Assembly: GCA_021738535.1 (NCBI GenBank)
Contig: JAIPBU010000014.1
Location: 12,411 to 76,410 of the forward strand
From: Bacteroidales bacterium
Lineage (GTDB): Bacteria > Bacteroidota > Bacteroidia > Bacteroidales > VadinHA17
Direction: 5' to 3'
DNA length: 64,000 nt
Both the position numbers and the translations under genes were made by a program. Every line of letters begins with the position of its first letter. Position 1 is the first letter of the stretch. A model generated the notes under the pieces. That model had not been told where the DNA came from, did no database searches, and saw nothing but the letters and a program-made list of their open reading frames with translations. Shown in pieces: positions 8,738-18,345 of this stretch.

Positions 8738-8789
8738 AAACTCATTCTCAACTCACTCTCAACTCATTCAAACTAATTCTCAACTTTCT
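8738..8789 (+). repeat. 10/11-mer array, copy 4, 5' of the four-helix-bundle gene
   Basis: aaactcattctcaactcactctcaactcattcaaactaattctcaactttct. Confidence 0.85.
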
Positions 8790-8847
8790 TAATGCAACCA
8801 ATCCCCCCATTTACCAGTCAAATAACTTGAAAAAAGCCTATAAAACA

Positions 8848-8884
8848 TTTGTATAGCACTTAAAATCGAGTAAATTTGTTACTC
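8848..8884 (+). promoter_or_regulatory. Bacteroidota sigma-A promoter overlapped by a palindromic operator
   Basis: TTTG (8848-51), 19 nt, TAAATTTG (8871-78); gagtaa-atttg-ttactc palindrome at 8868-8884. Confidence 0.7.
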
Positions 8885-8903
8885 AAAGACTTGATCGTAA
8901 CCT

Positions 8904-9446
8904 ATGATAAACTCCCTGATAACCTCACAAACCAGGATCAAGCTGCTGCTCAAGTTCTTCCTGAACAGCAATACCCGTGCACACCTGCGCGGACTCGAAT
9001 CCGAATTCGGGGAATCATCCAATGGTATACGGGTTGAGTTAAACAGGATGGAGGAAGCCGACCTTTTGAATTCTACCAGGGAAGGAAACAAGAAACTTTA
9101 CTACGCCAACAAAAAGCATCCCTTATTCAGCGATATACATAATATTATTATCAAGGAGACCGGCATCGACCGGGTTGTAAATAAGGTTATTGACCGCCTG
9201 GGCGACTTAAATTCTGTTTACCTGTGCGGAGATCTGGCAAAGGGATGCGACAGCAACATTATAGATCTCATATTAATTGGATCAGGCATCGATCGTGAAT
9301 ATCTAACACGGAAAGTAGAACAGGCCGAAAAGCTTGTTGGCCGCAAGGTCCGCTACATATTGTTGAACAACGACGAGGCAGACGACTATCTCCTGGCCTA
9401 CCCGCCCGGCGATTTGTTGCCATTGTGGAATAATAAAAAAAGCTGA
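8904..9446 (+). CDS. ArsR-like wHTH regulator with a nucleotidyltransferase-like C-terminal domain
   Basis: LITSQTRIKLLLKFFLN...HLRGLESEFGESSNGIRVELNR; G.LAKG.D...IDLILIG. Confidence 0.8.
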   Translation: MINSLITSQTRIKLLLKFFLNSNTRAHLRGLESEFGESSNGIRVELNRMEEADLLNSTREGNKKLYYANKKHPLFSDIHNIIIKETGIDRVVNKVIDRLGDLNSVYLCGDLAKGCDSNIIDLILIGSGIDREYLTRKVEQAEKLVGRKVRYILLNNDEADDYLLAYPPGDLLPLWNNKKS

Positions 9447-9447
9447 T

Positions 9448-10095
9448 ATGACAAAAAGAAATCACATATCAAGCTCAAATAGTCGGCAATCTGCAGTCCG
9501 CAGTCGGCAAGATAAGGAGATGAACTTAAACAACTCACCTCTCACCTCTCGTCCTGAGCGAGCCCAGGAGGCGAGTCGAAGGGCTCACCTCTCACCGCTT
9601 GATGCCCACTGGTATGCAATATATACCCGCGCCAGAACAGAAAAAAGATTGCACGACAGACTCCAATCCGAAGGCTACGAAGCATACCTGCCTCTTGTAA
9701 AGACCCTCCGCCAGTGGTCCGATCGCAAAAAGTGGGTAGAGGTGCCGTTGTTAAATTCGTATGTTTTCGTACTTACCCATCCGGAATATCTAAGAGATAT
9801 AATAACGCTGGAAGGAGCAGCCAGGTACATCAGTTTCGAAGGGAAGCCTGCTGCAATTCCTGAAAAACAGATAGACAATCTTCGATTACTGGTAAACAGC
9901 GAAGCAAATATTGAAGTAACCGGTGAACGATTATTACCCGGCGACCCCGTTGAAGTAACACACGGCTCCCTCCGCGGTCTCTGTGGTGAATTAATAAAGC
10001 TAGGAAACAAAAACAAGGTAGTGGTCCGTATCGACAGACTTGATCTTAACCTTGTTGTCAAAATACAAAAGGCGTTCCTGAAAAAGCTCAGGTAA
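9448..10095 (+). CDS. upxY: UpxY-family (NusG paralog) transcription antiterminator with a repeat-derived N-terminal extension
   Basis: WYAIYTRARTEK, YLPL...RQWSDRKKWVEVPL..SYVFV, KOW motif GDPVEVTHGSLRGL. Confidence 0.9.
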   Translation: MTKRNHISSSNSRQSAVRSRQDKEMNLNNSPLTSRPERAQEASRRAHLSPLDAHWYAIYTRARTEKRLHDRLQSEGYEAYLPLVKTLRQWSDRKKWVEVPLLNSYVFVLTHPEYLRDIITLEGAARYISFEGKPAAIPEKQIDNLRLLVNSEANIEVTGERLLPGDPVEVTHGSLRGLCGELIKLGNKNKVVVRIDRLDLNLVVKIQKAFLKKLR

Positions 10096-10187
10096 CGCCG
10101 CAAACATACATTAATAGGCCTACTCAGCTATTCCAATATATGTGACTGAGGGGGCTGTGCTATGGGCAATAGTAAGTAAGATTATTT

Positions 10188-10866
10188 ATGGATGATGTAG
10201 ATAAGTCAAAACCAAAACGTGTTGCAATAATGCAACCATATTTCTTTCCATACATAGGGTATTATCAACTTGTAGCAGCTGTTGATGTTTTCGTATTTTA
10301 TGATGACGTTAGTTTTATCAAAGGAGGATGGATAAACAGGAATAGGATTTTATCGAATAATAAAAACGGATATTTTACGCTACCATTACAAAAAAGCAGT
10401 TCAAATAGAAGGATAAATGAAATACTAAGTTTAGATTATAGTAATAATTTGGATAAGACAATAAAACAAACATATAGTAAAGCTCCATATTTTCATGATG
10501 TTTATCCATTATTAAGAAGCATTATTTTTTCGGAAGAAAACTCAATTTCAGAAATATCAAGACGGAGTATAACCAATGTGATAAAACACCTTGGATTAGA
10601 GAAGGAATTTCTCGTAAGCTCAGAGGCAAGGGTTTATCAAAAGATGCTAGAATAATTAAGATATGTGGAATATTGGATGCCGATGAATTTTTAAATTCTA
10701 AAGGCGGTAGAAAACTTTATTCCAAAAAAAGATTTTGCAAAAGAATCACTTTAAACTAAAATTCCTTGAGCCCAAAATGAAAAGATACAAGCAGTTTGAA
10801 AATAAATTTGAGATGGACCTGTCAATTATTGATATCTTGATGTTTAATGATGCTAAAATCCTTTAA
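10188..10866 (+). pseudogene. WbqC-family protein, frameshifted
   Basis: AIMQPYFFPYIGYYQL...GWINRNRI. Continues in shifted frames as KGLSKDARIIKIC...GGRKLYSK and LKFLEP...DLSIIDILMFN, stop at 10866. Confidence 0.85.
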
Positions 10867-11317
10867 ACCAATATATTCACATAATACTATTGATGAGGAA
10901 AGTCTTTGTAACTATCTTTACAATTCTGATGAACTATTTACGCCCAGACTATCTGATTTAGTAGAAATAATTGAATATTCAAAGAAGCTTTTTAAGTATG
11001 CTGATTTTTTCGAAGCAAAGGTAAAGGGTAATATTATTGGATTACTTGTAATTTACTTAAATAATGCAGAAGGCAGAAAAGGATACATTTCAACACTTTG
11101 TATATCTAAAGAATACCAGAGGAAGGGAATTGCTAAAGATCTGATTAATAAGGCAATTGAATATTCAAAAAGAATTTCTTTTAATGAAATACAACTTGAA
11201 GTGTACGCTTCTAATAATAATGCAATTGAATTTTATAAATATATTGGCTTTGAAAAGATTAAGGATCTGCATAATTCTCAAATAATGAGTTTATATTTGA
11301 ATAACACAAAAGAATAG
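10847..11317 (+). CDS. GNAT-family N-acetyltransferase
   Basis: YQRKGIAK motif A, LEV..SN..AI.FYK..GF. Confidence 0.88.
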   Translation: MMLKSFKPIYSHNTIDEESLCNYLYNSDELFTPRLSDLVEIIEYSKKLFKYADFFEAKVKGNIIGLLVIYLNNAEGRKGYISTLCISKEYQRKGIAKDLINKAIEYSKRISFNEIQLEVYASNNNAIEFYKYIGFEKIKDLHNSQIMSLYLNNTKE

Positions 11318-11321
11318 TAAA

Positions 11322-12134
11322 ATGGCAAAACTAAGTAGCTCATTTAGGATATATATCTATCAAATACTTTTTTTAACCATAGTTTTTTCAGGATGTACCA
11401 GCACAGAAAAGTTAACCTATCTCAACAACCTCCCCGAAACCTCCGAGACCCAATACTTCCCTGTAGATGTTCCGGATTACAAGATACAATACAGGGATAT
11501 TCTATACATTACAGCTAAAGCAATGACCCCTGAAGGTGCGATAGTTGGTTTATTACAAGATATATCAGGAGCCAGAAATCAGTATTTCAGAGATGAGGCA
11601 AGCCAGTACATAATGGGTTATAATGTTGATGAAGGCGGTTATATTTATCTCCCGGTAGTTGAAAAAGTGCAAGTTGCGGATAAAAGCATAGAAGAAGTTA
11701 GAATAATTCTGCAGGAGGAAGTTGATAAGGTTTTTAACAATGCCTATGTAGAAGTTAAGCTTTTAAGTTTCAAATTCACAGTTCTCGGTGAAGCAAATGC
11801 TCCGGGCACTTATGTTAATTACAATAACTATTTAACTGTTCTTGAAGCAGTAGGACGAGCAGGAGGGGTTAGCGATTATGGCCGGCGAGACAGAGTCCTT
11901 CTCATTCGCCCCACAGATGACGGCAGCAAAACCTATCGCATCAATCTTCAGGACAAAGATTTGCTGACGTCAGAAGCCTACTTCCTGCAACCAAACGATG
12001 TAGTTATCATAGAACCTGTCAAGCACAAGATATTCAACATGAACCTACCAACATTCAGTTTTGTACTGACATCAGTTACAAGTGCGATAACAACAACATT
12101 ACTACTAATTAATTTCTTTGGTAATTCAAACTAA
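11322..12134 (+). CDS. wza: Polysaccharide export lipoprotein
   Basis: Lipobox FSGC, G.I.LPVV.KV.VA, TVLGEANAPG, LEAVGRAGG, LQPNDVVII. Confidence 0.9.
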   Translation: MAKLSSSFRIYIYQILFLTIVFSGCTSTEKLTYLNNLPETSETQYFPVDVPDYKIQYRDILYITAKAMTPEGAIVGLLQDISGARNQYFRDEASQYIMGYNVDEGGYIYLPVVEKVQVADKSIEEVRIILQEEVDKVFNNAYVEVKLLSFKFTVLGEANAPGTYVNYNNYLTVLEAVGRAGGVSDYGRRDRVLLIRPTDDGSKTYRINLQDKDLLTSEAYFLQPNDVVIIEPVKHKIFNMNLPTFSFVLTSVTSAITTTLLLINFFGNSN

Positions 12135-12175
12135 GAGTACAGTGTTTAGAGTACAGTGTTTAGCGTATAGCGTTT
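12134..12175 (+). repeat. G-rich heptamer arm (agagtac/agtgttt/agcgtat)
   Basis: Six in-phase heptamers starting in the wza stop codon. Confidence 0.9.
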
Positions 12176-12223
12176 TTGGATATGGAATTTTATAATAATG
12201 TTTCTTAAGTCAATTTCAGCTAG

Positions 12224-12601
12224 GTGATTATTACCAGGTTTGAGGATTTAGAAATTTGGAAGTTGGCACGAGAACTTTATAAATTTGTTTTTAATATTAC
12301 TTTAAGAGAACCATTTTGCCGGGATTTTAAACTGCGGGATCAGATAAGAAGTTCTTCCGGTTCAATATCCGACAATATAGCCGAAGGTTTTGAACGCGGA
12401 GGAAACAAAGAATTTATACAATTCCTTTTTACCGCTAAAGGTTCCTGTGGAGAAACACGCAATCAGTCTTACAGAGCATATGACAGTGATTACATCACAC
12501 ATGATATACTTAATGAATTACTGGAGCGCACCGATAAGATATCACGAAAAATAGTAAGTTTGATAAAAAAGCTTAAATCCTCCTCAAACAGAGGAATTTA
12601 A
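12224..12601 (+). CDS. Four helix bundle protein, copy 2
   Basis: RFEDLEIWKLAREL...DQIRSSSGSISDNIAEGFERGGNKEFIQFL..AKGSCGETR. Confidence 0.93.
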   Translation: MIITRFEDLEIWKLARELYKFVFNITLREPFCRDFKLRDQIRSSSGSISDNIAEGFERGGNKEFIQFLFTAKGSCGETRNQSYRAYDSDYITHDILNELLERTDKISRKIVSLIKKLKSSSNRGI

Positions 12602-12630
12602 TTTGATTAATATTAAACCTATATTTATTA

Positions 12631-12676
12631 TACTCATTACGCATATAACGAAACTCTGAACGCTTTACGCTAAACG
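12631..12676 (+). repeat. C-rich heptamer arm, reverse complement of 12134-12175
   Basis: tactcat tacgcat ataacga aactctg aacgctt tacgcta aacg. Confidence 0.8.
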
Positions 12677-12687
12677 TAAATAATCCT

Positions 12688-15183
12688 ATGAACCAGAATA
12701 CAAGTAATATCCCCCAATCCCCTCCACAAAACCCCGGCTATCCCCCTCCCGGCTACCACCCCTATGCCTATGACCCTTCCCTGTTTAAGGAGGAAGAGGG
12801 CATCGACTTCAAACGCTACTTCGCTTTATTCCTGAACAACTGGTACTGGTTCGCCATAGCTTTGTTTATTGCTTTGAGCATTGCCTATGGAATCAACCGG
12901 TGGTCGGAAGAGATTTATACAGTTTCTGCTTCTTTGCTTATAGAGGATGATGAGTATTCAGGAGAACTGAGCAGTGCCGAAAGATTTATTCCGGGGAGTG
13001 AGATTTTTAGCAGTAGGCAGAATCTTCAAAACGAGATTGGGATACTTAAATCTTTTTCATTGAATTACAAGGTGATGAAGGAGTTACCTGAATTCTGGGT
13101 TACCTATATTGCTGTAGGAAGGAGGGGCATAGCAGAGAGCAGCCAATATGAGAATACGACTTTTAAAGTGTTTTTCGATTCTCTCGAACACCAAACAAGG
13201 GGTCGTAGGATTAATATTAAAATTACATCCGATGACGAATACATTATAAGTATAGGTGATACAATTAAGAAAGAGATGAGCTTTGGTGAACGCTATACTG
13301 ACAAAAGTAATGATTTCATTATAGTCAAACATAATGATTTTATATATAATGAAGATAAATCAAACAAATACTATTTCTGGTTCAATAGCCTGGAAAGCCT
13401 GGCAAATAAATACAGAAGTAAACTCAGTGTATCCGCGATTGAAGAAGAGGCAACTTTAGTAACATTGACAACCAGAGGTTCAAACAGTGAGCAAGAAGCT
13501 GACTATCTTAACACATTGATGGATGAATATATTGACAGAGGATTAGATATTAAGAATGCCACTGCAGACAGTACCATATTATTTATTAATAATCAGTTAG
13601 GTTTTATTACTGATTCATTGAGAAAGGCGGAAAACAATCTTGAGAATTTCAGACTTAATAACGAACTTATCGATCTTAGTTCTGAGGCTTCTTTGTTGCA
13701 GACCAGAATAGAAAGGTTTGAGAATGAAAAATACAGCATTGAGTTTGAGAAAGACTACTACCAATATTTACTTGAATATATTGATTCAAGAGATGAGTCA
13801 GGTGAAATAGTATCGCCTTCTCTTGTTGGCATTACAGATCCTACTCTTAGCAAATTGGTAAATGAGCTTGTAGAACTTCAACAGCAGAAGAAACAAGTAT
13901 CTTTTAGCCTCAGGGATGATCTCCCTGCGGTAAATCTTATAAATGAACAGATAGCTGATGCCCGGAAGATCCTTAAGGAGAATGTTGAAAACAGTCTCAG
14001 TAATGCTACAAAGATGCTTGATGATGCAAATGTAAGAATAGCAAGAGTTGAGTCAGAGATTCAGAAACTGCCGGGCACAGAAAGGAAACTTATTAATATT
14101 CAGCGCAAGTTTGATCTTAATAATACAATTTATAATTACCTTCTCGAGAAAAGAGCAGAGGCAGGAATTGCAAAAGCATCGAATGTATCGGACAATAAGA
14201 TAATTGATGAAGCAAAAGCGTTTAATTCTTCACGAATAAAGCCCAAAGAAAGACAGAATTATTTAGTGGCTCTTATTTTTGGGTTGTTTATTCCTGCAGG
14301 GTTAATGGTAATATTTGATCTTCTGAATAATAAAATAATAGATAGGAAAGACATTGAAAAGGCAACTGATATACCCATATTAGGTTTTATTGGACATAGT
14401 GATGCAAAAACTGAAATCCCGATTATTGACAATCCCGGATCAACCCTTTCTGAGTCTTTCAGGTCAATCCGTACAAGGTTAAAATATTTATCCAATAGTG
14501 GTGCTTCAAATGTGATTACTATTACCTCAACTGTCAGCGGCGAAGGCAAAACATTTATATCGATAAATATTGCTGCTATTATAGCTATGCTTGGGAAAAA
14601 GGTGCTATTAGTAGGTCTTGATCTTAGAAAGCCCAAACTTCATAGAATCCTTAATGCAGATAACAGTCTAGGTCTTACATCATATTTAGTTGATGAAGCT
14701 GATTATAAAGACATAGTATTTGAAACAAAAATTGAGAACTTGTTTTTTACACCATCAGGGTCGGTTCCTCCCAACCCGGCAGAATTAATTGAATCAGATA
14801 AGATGGTCAGTTTCTTTAAAAAAGTCAAAGAGGAGTATGATTATATAATTATTGATACACCTCCCGTTGCAATAGTTACTGACACCTTATTGCTTGCACC
14901 ATATGTTGATATTAATCTGTTTGTTGTCCGGCAGCGTTATTCATCGAAAAATACATTAGATCTTATTAACGATCTAAAAGAACAAGGGGAATTAAAGAGC
15001 TTGGCTCTACTAATAAACGATATTAGTCTCTCAGGATACTATGGATATGGTTTAAGATATGGGAATACTCTTGGATATAGAGGCTATTATTATGGATATA
15101 ACCTATATGGCGAATATGGATACAAGAGATATGGTTATGGGAATAAAGGACAAGATTATTACTCAAAACAGGAAGAGTGTTAG
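12688..15183 (+). CDS. wzc: Polysaccharide co-polymerase / tyrosine autokinase
   Basis: Two TM segments, coiled coil, ESFRSIRT, SGEGKT, DLRKP, DTPP, Tyr-rich C-terminal cluster. Confidence 0.93.
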   Translation: MNQNTSNIPQSPPQNPGYPPPGYHPYAYDPSLFKEEEGIDFKRYFALFLNNWYWFAIALFIALSIAYGINRWSEEIYTVSASLLIEDDEYSGELSSAERFIPGSEIFSSRQNLQNEIGILKSFSLNYKVMKELPEFWVTYIAVGRRGIAESSQYENTTFKVFFDSLEHQTRGRRINIKITSDDEYIISIGDTIKKEMSFGERYTDKSNDFIIVKHNDFIYNEDKSNKYYFWFNSLESLANKYRSKLSVSAIEEEATLVTLTTRGSNSEQEADYLNTLMDEYIDRGLDIKNATADSTILFINNQLGFITDSLRKAENNLENFRLNNELIDLSSEASLLQTRIERFENEKYSIEFEKDYYQYLLEYIDSRDESGEIVSPSLVGITDPTLSKLVNELVELQQQKKQVSFSLRDDLPAVNLINEQIADARKILKENVENSLSNATKMLDDANVRIARVESEIQKLPGTERKLINIQRKFDLNNTIYNYLLEKRAEAGIAKASNVSDNKIIDEAKAFNSSRIKPKERQNYLVALIFGLFIPAGLMVIFDLLNNKIIDRKDIEKATDIPILGFIGHSDAKTEIPIIDNPGSTLSESFRSIRTRLKYLSNSGASNVITITSTVSGEGKTFISINIAAIIAMLGKKVLLVGLDLRKPKLHRILNADNSLGLTSYLVDEADYKDIVFETKIENLFFTPSGSVPPNPAELIESDKMVSFFKKVKEEYDYIIIDTPPVAIVTDTLLLAPYVDINLFVVRQRYSSKNTLDLINDLKEQGELKSLALLINDISLSGYYGYGLRYGNTLGYRGYYYGYNLYGEYGYKRYGYGNKGQDYYSKQEEC

Positions 15184-15334
15184 ATAATAATAGGAATAAA
15201 TTAATAGTATAGTAGAATATAGTATGAAAAGCCTATCAGAAAACAATTTAATTAACCAGCTTCTTGATATCAAAACAACCCCTTTATTATCGTAATTATC
15301 TTTTTTAGAATATTGATAAATATAAAAATACGGA

Positions 15335-16450
15335 ATGAAAGATAAGCATAAAACTTATGTTACTTCCCCAGCACTTCCTGATTTAGATGAATTCATTCCA
15401 TTCCTTGAGAAGATTTGGCAAACTAAACAACTAACTAATAATGGCCCTTTTCACCAGCAATTGGAAAAGGAGATGGCTGATTATTTAGGGGTAAAGTATG
15501 TTTCTTTATTTGCAAATGGAACATTATCGTTGCTTACAGCTTTACAAGTCTTAAAAATTACCGGTGAAGTTATTACTACACCTTATAGTTTTGTAGCTAC
15601 AACCCACGCCTTATGGTGGAACAAAATTAAACCTGTTTTTGTAGATGTGGATCCAGTCTATGGCAACCTCGATCCGGAACGCATTGAGAAAGCGATTACT
15701 CCACAAACAACTGCTATACTGCCGGTTCATGTATATGGCAATCCTTGTAGAATGGAGCGCATACAGAAAATTGCTGATACGTACGGACTGAAAGTAATTT
15801 ACGACGCTGCTCATGCTTTTGGAAACAAATACAAAGGGCAGAGCATTTTAAACTGGGGCGATTTATCTACTTTGAGTTTTCATGCCACCAAGCCTTTTAC
15901 GACTATGGAGGGAGGGGCTATTATTTGTCATGATGAAAAAACCAAACAGCGGATTGATTATCTGAAAAACTTTGGTTTTGCCGATGAAGCAACAGTTATG
16001 GCTCCGGGAATTAACTCCAAAATGAATGAAATGCAGGCTGCTCTGGGATTGCTTCAACTTCAACATCATCAGGCTAATATTAAAAAACGGCAGCAAATAG
16101 CTGATATATACGATAATGAGTTAAATGATGTAAAAGGAATATTTTTGTTAGATCATCCAACGGAACTGGAGAATTATAATAACAGTTATTTCCCGATTTT
16201 TGTAGATGAAGAGAAATATGGGAGATCACGAGATGAGTTGTATTTCAGTTTAAAAAAAGAGGGTATTTATGGGAGAAGATATTTCTATCCACTGATTAGT
16301 GATTTTCCTCCATATCGAGGATTAGGATCACCCAAATCGGAAAATTTACCTAATGCTAAAAGATTAAGTAATCGAGTAATTTGTTTGCCGATATATTCGG
16401 GATTAGATAAAAAGGATATCAAACGAATTATTAATTTGATTAAAAAGTAG
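15335..16450 (+). CDS. DegT/DnrJ sugar aminotransferase (VioA-like)
   Basis: LTNNGP, TTPYSFVAT, PVHVYGNPC, YDAAHAFG, SFHATK, GRRYFYPL. Confidence 0.9.
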   Translation: MKDKHKTYVTSPALPDLDEFIPFLEKIWQTKQLTNNGPFHQQLEKEMADYLGVKYVSLFANGTLSLLTALQVLKITGEVITTPYSFVATTHALWWNKIKPVFVDVDPVYGNLDPERIEKAITPQTTAILPVHVYGNPCRMERIQKIADTYGLKVIYDAAHAFGNKYKGQSILNWGDLSTLSFHATKPFTTMEGGAIICHDEKTKQRIDYLKNFGFADEATVMAPGINSKMNEMQAALGLLQLQHHQANIKKRQQIADIYDNELNDVKGIFLLDHPTELENYNNSYFPIFVDEEKYGRSRDELYFSLKKEGIYGRRYFYPLISDFPPYRGLGSPKSENLPNAKRLSNRVICLPIYSGLDKKDIKRIINLIKK

Positions 16451-16452
16451 AA

Positions 16453-17178
16453 ATGAGATTATCAATAATGCAACCCTATTTTTTCCCTTATTTAGTATAC
16501 TTAGCGTTGATTAAGCATAGTGATTATTTTATTTTTTTTGATACACCACAATTTATCCGGCATGGTTGGATTGAAAGGAATAGAATTCTAAAGCCACAGG
16601 TGGGCTGGCAATATATTAAAGTTCCTCTTGAAAAACATAGTCGTGATACGAGTATTAAAGACATTAAAATCAAAAACCATCCAGATTGGAAAAGAAAAAT
16701 TATTGCACAATTAGAACACTATAAAAATAAGGCACCTTATTATAAGGAAACAATGGATTTGGTTAAACGAATATTAGGTTTTGAAACAAATTCAATAACA
16801 AAACTTGATGCTTTTGCTTTGGAAAAAATATTTGACTATTTGAAATTAGATTTTCAGTATGATATTTTTTCTGAAATGGGTTTGAAAATTAAGGAACCCG
16901 ATGAAGCTGATGAATGGGCCCTGAATATTTCCAAAGAGCTTAACGCAAAAGTGTATATTAATCCTCCCGGCGGAGAAAATTTTTTTGATAGGAGAAAGTA
17001 TGAAAGTGAAAATATTGAGTTGCAATTTTTGGAACTAAAACTGCAGCAATACGACCAAAAAAGGAGATATTTTGAATCCGGATTGTCGATTATTGATGTT
17101 ATGATGTTTAATTCACCACAAAAAATCAGAGATATGTTAAATAAAGTTGAATATAAAGAGAATAAATATGAGTTTTAA
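16453..17178 (+). CDS. WbqC-family protein
   Basis: IMQPYFFPY, GWIERNRI, YINPPGG, LSIIDVMMFN. Confidence 0.9.
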   Translation: MRLSIMQPYFFPYLVYLALIKHSDYFIFFDTPQFIRHGWIERNRILKPQVGWQYIKVPLEKHSRDTSIKDIKIKNHPDWKRKIIAQLEHYKNKAPYYKETMDLVKRILGFETNSITKLDAFALEKIFDYLKLDFQYDIFSEMGLKIKEPDEADEWALNISKELNAKVYINPPGGENFFDRRKYESENIELQFLELKLQQYDQKRRYFESGLSIIDVMMFNSPQKIRDMLNKVEYKENKYEF

Positions 17179-17401
17179 TATTGAGCACAATTATGAATTT
17201 TATTGTTTCTTGAAAGCAAATTTACCAGAGACATATAAAATCATATCAAAGCCATCTCCTAACTATTATTCTGAATGGTATTTTGATTATAAAATTCTTT
17301 TAAATGATAAAGTTATTGAAGAAATCAATGGTAACTTCAATGATTTCAAACAGGGAGAATTAGTAAAAAAAGCAAATGAAATTTTAAATACCTATAAATA
17401 A
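17168..17401 (+). CDS. Small hypothetical protein
   Basis: ATG overlaps the wbqC end; fills the operon gap. Confidence 0.55.
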   Translation: MSFNIEHNYEFYCFLKANLPETYKIISKPSPNYYSEWYFDYKILLNDKVIEEINGNFNDFKQGELVKKANEILNTYK

Positions 17402-17406
17402 AGGCT

Positions 17407-18339
17407 ATGTTAATTGGAAGTAAATTACCGCCTGTACATGTGGATAAAACCTATTTTAATTTTGGTCGTTCTGCATTTGCATATTTAATAGAAGAAATTA
17501 TAAAACCTAATAAAGTTTATTTACCTGCATTTACCTGTTGGTCACTAGTATCCACTATGCAAAAACGATTTAGCGATATCGAACTTGAATTCTATAATGT
17601 AGAAAAAGATTTAAAATGTAACTATCCAAAAACAATAGAAAAAGACGAAGTATTAGTATTTATACATTACTTCGGAAATGAAAACAAACAACCTCTTCCT
17701 AAAAAAAATGGAGGAGTCATTTTAGAGGATATTTCGCATGCATTAGCCTCAAAGATAGAATATCGGGGAGATTATATTTTTGGAAGTTTAAGAAAATCAA
17801 TGAAAGTAGCAGACGGAGGCATAATTATTAATCACTTTTTCAATCCCATTTATGAAAAAGGTAATAACCTTGATTCATGGTTAAGATATGAAGCTACCGA
17901 TTGGAAAGATATGAGGGAAGCTGAAAATATGATTGACAGGCATTGGAAGATAAGAGATATATCAAGTCAATCCTTGGAAGTTTTTCTTGCAACTAACCTA
18001 GATTTAGTTAAAAAACAAAGGTTCAACAATGAAAAATATCTTTATAACAATATTAAAATAGGAGAACCCCTGCTTAATTTTTCTGAAAACGAAGCACCTT
18101 TAGTGCATAATAGGATTATGAATACACAAGATGAAAGAGACCATATCAGAAAAGAACTTTCAAAAAAAGGAATATTTACTTCTATACATTGGCCAACGCA
18201 TGAAGTTGTAAGGAAATATTCAAATTCTTTTCCAGATGTTTTATGGTTGGAAAAACGCATTATATCAATCCCCGTATCGCAAGATTTCAATTTAAATGAT
18301 ATGGATTTTATTTCTAAAACCATAAATAACATAATCTAA
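17407..18339 (+). CDS. Divergent DegT-like PLP-dependent enzyme
   Basis: GRSA, LPAFTC, IHYFG, LEDISHAL, FGSLRK, IHWP, ISIPV. Confidence 0.7.
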   Translation: MLIGSKLPPVHVDKTYFNFGRSAFAYLIEEIIKPNKVYLPAFTCWSLVSTMQKRFSDIELEFYNVEKDLKCNYPKTIEKDEVLVFIHYFGNENKQPLPKKNGGVILEDISHALASKIEYRGDYIFGSLRKSMKVADGGIIINHFFNPIYEKGNNLDSWLRYEATDWKDMREAENMIDRHWKIRDISSQSLEVFLATNLDLVKKQRFNNEKYLYNNIKIGEPLLNFSENEAPLVHNRIMNTQDERDHIRKELSKKGIFTSIHWPTHEVVRKYSNSFPDVLWLEKRIISIPVSQDFNLNDMDFISKTINNII

Positions 18340-18345
18340 TATATA

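Noticed and set aside
7548-8789. CRISPR array
   Set aside because: The repeats are internally periodic microsatellites with irregular gene-sized spacing, and there are no cas genes
8700-8900. Invertible capsule promoter as in Bacteroides fragilis
   Set aside because: No inverted repeats bracketing the promoter and no invertase in the window
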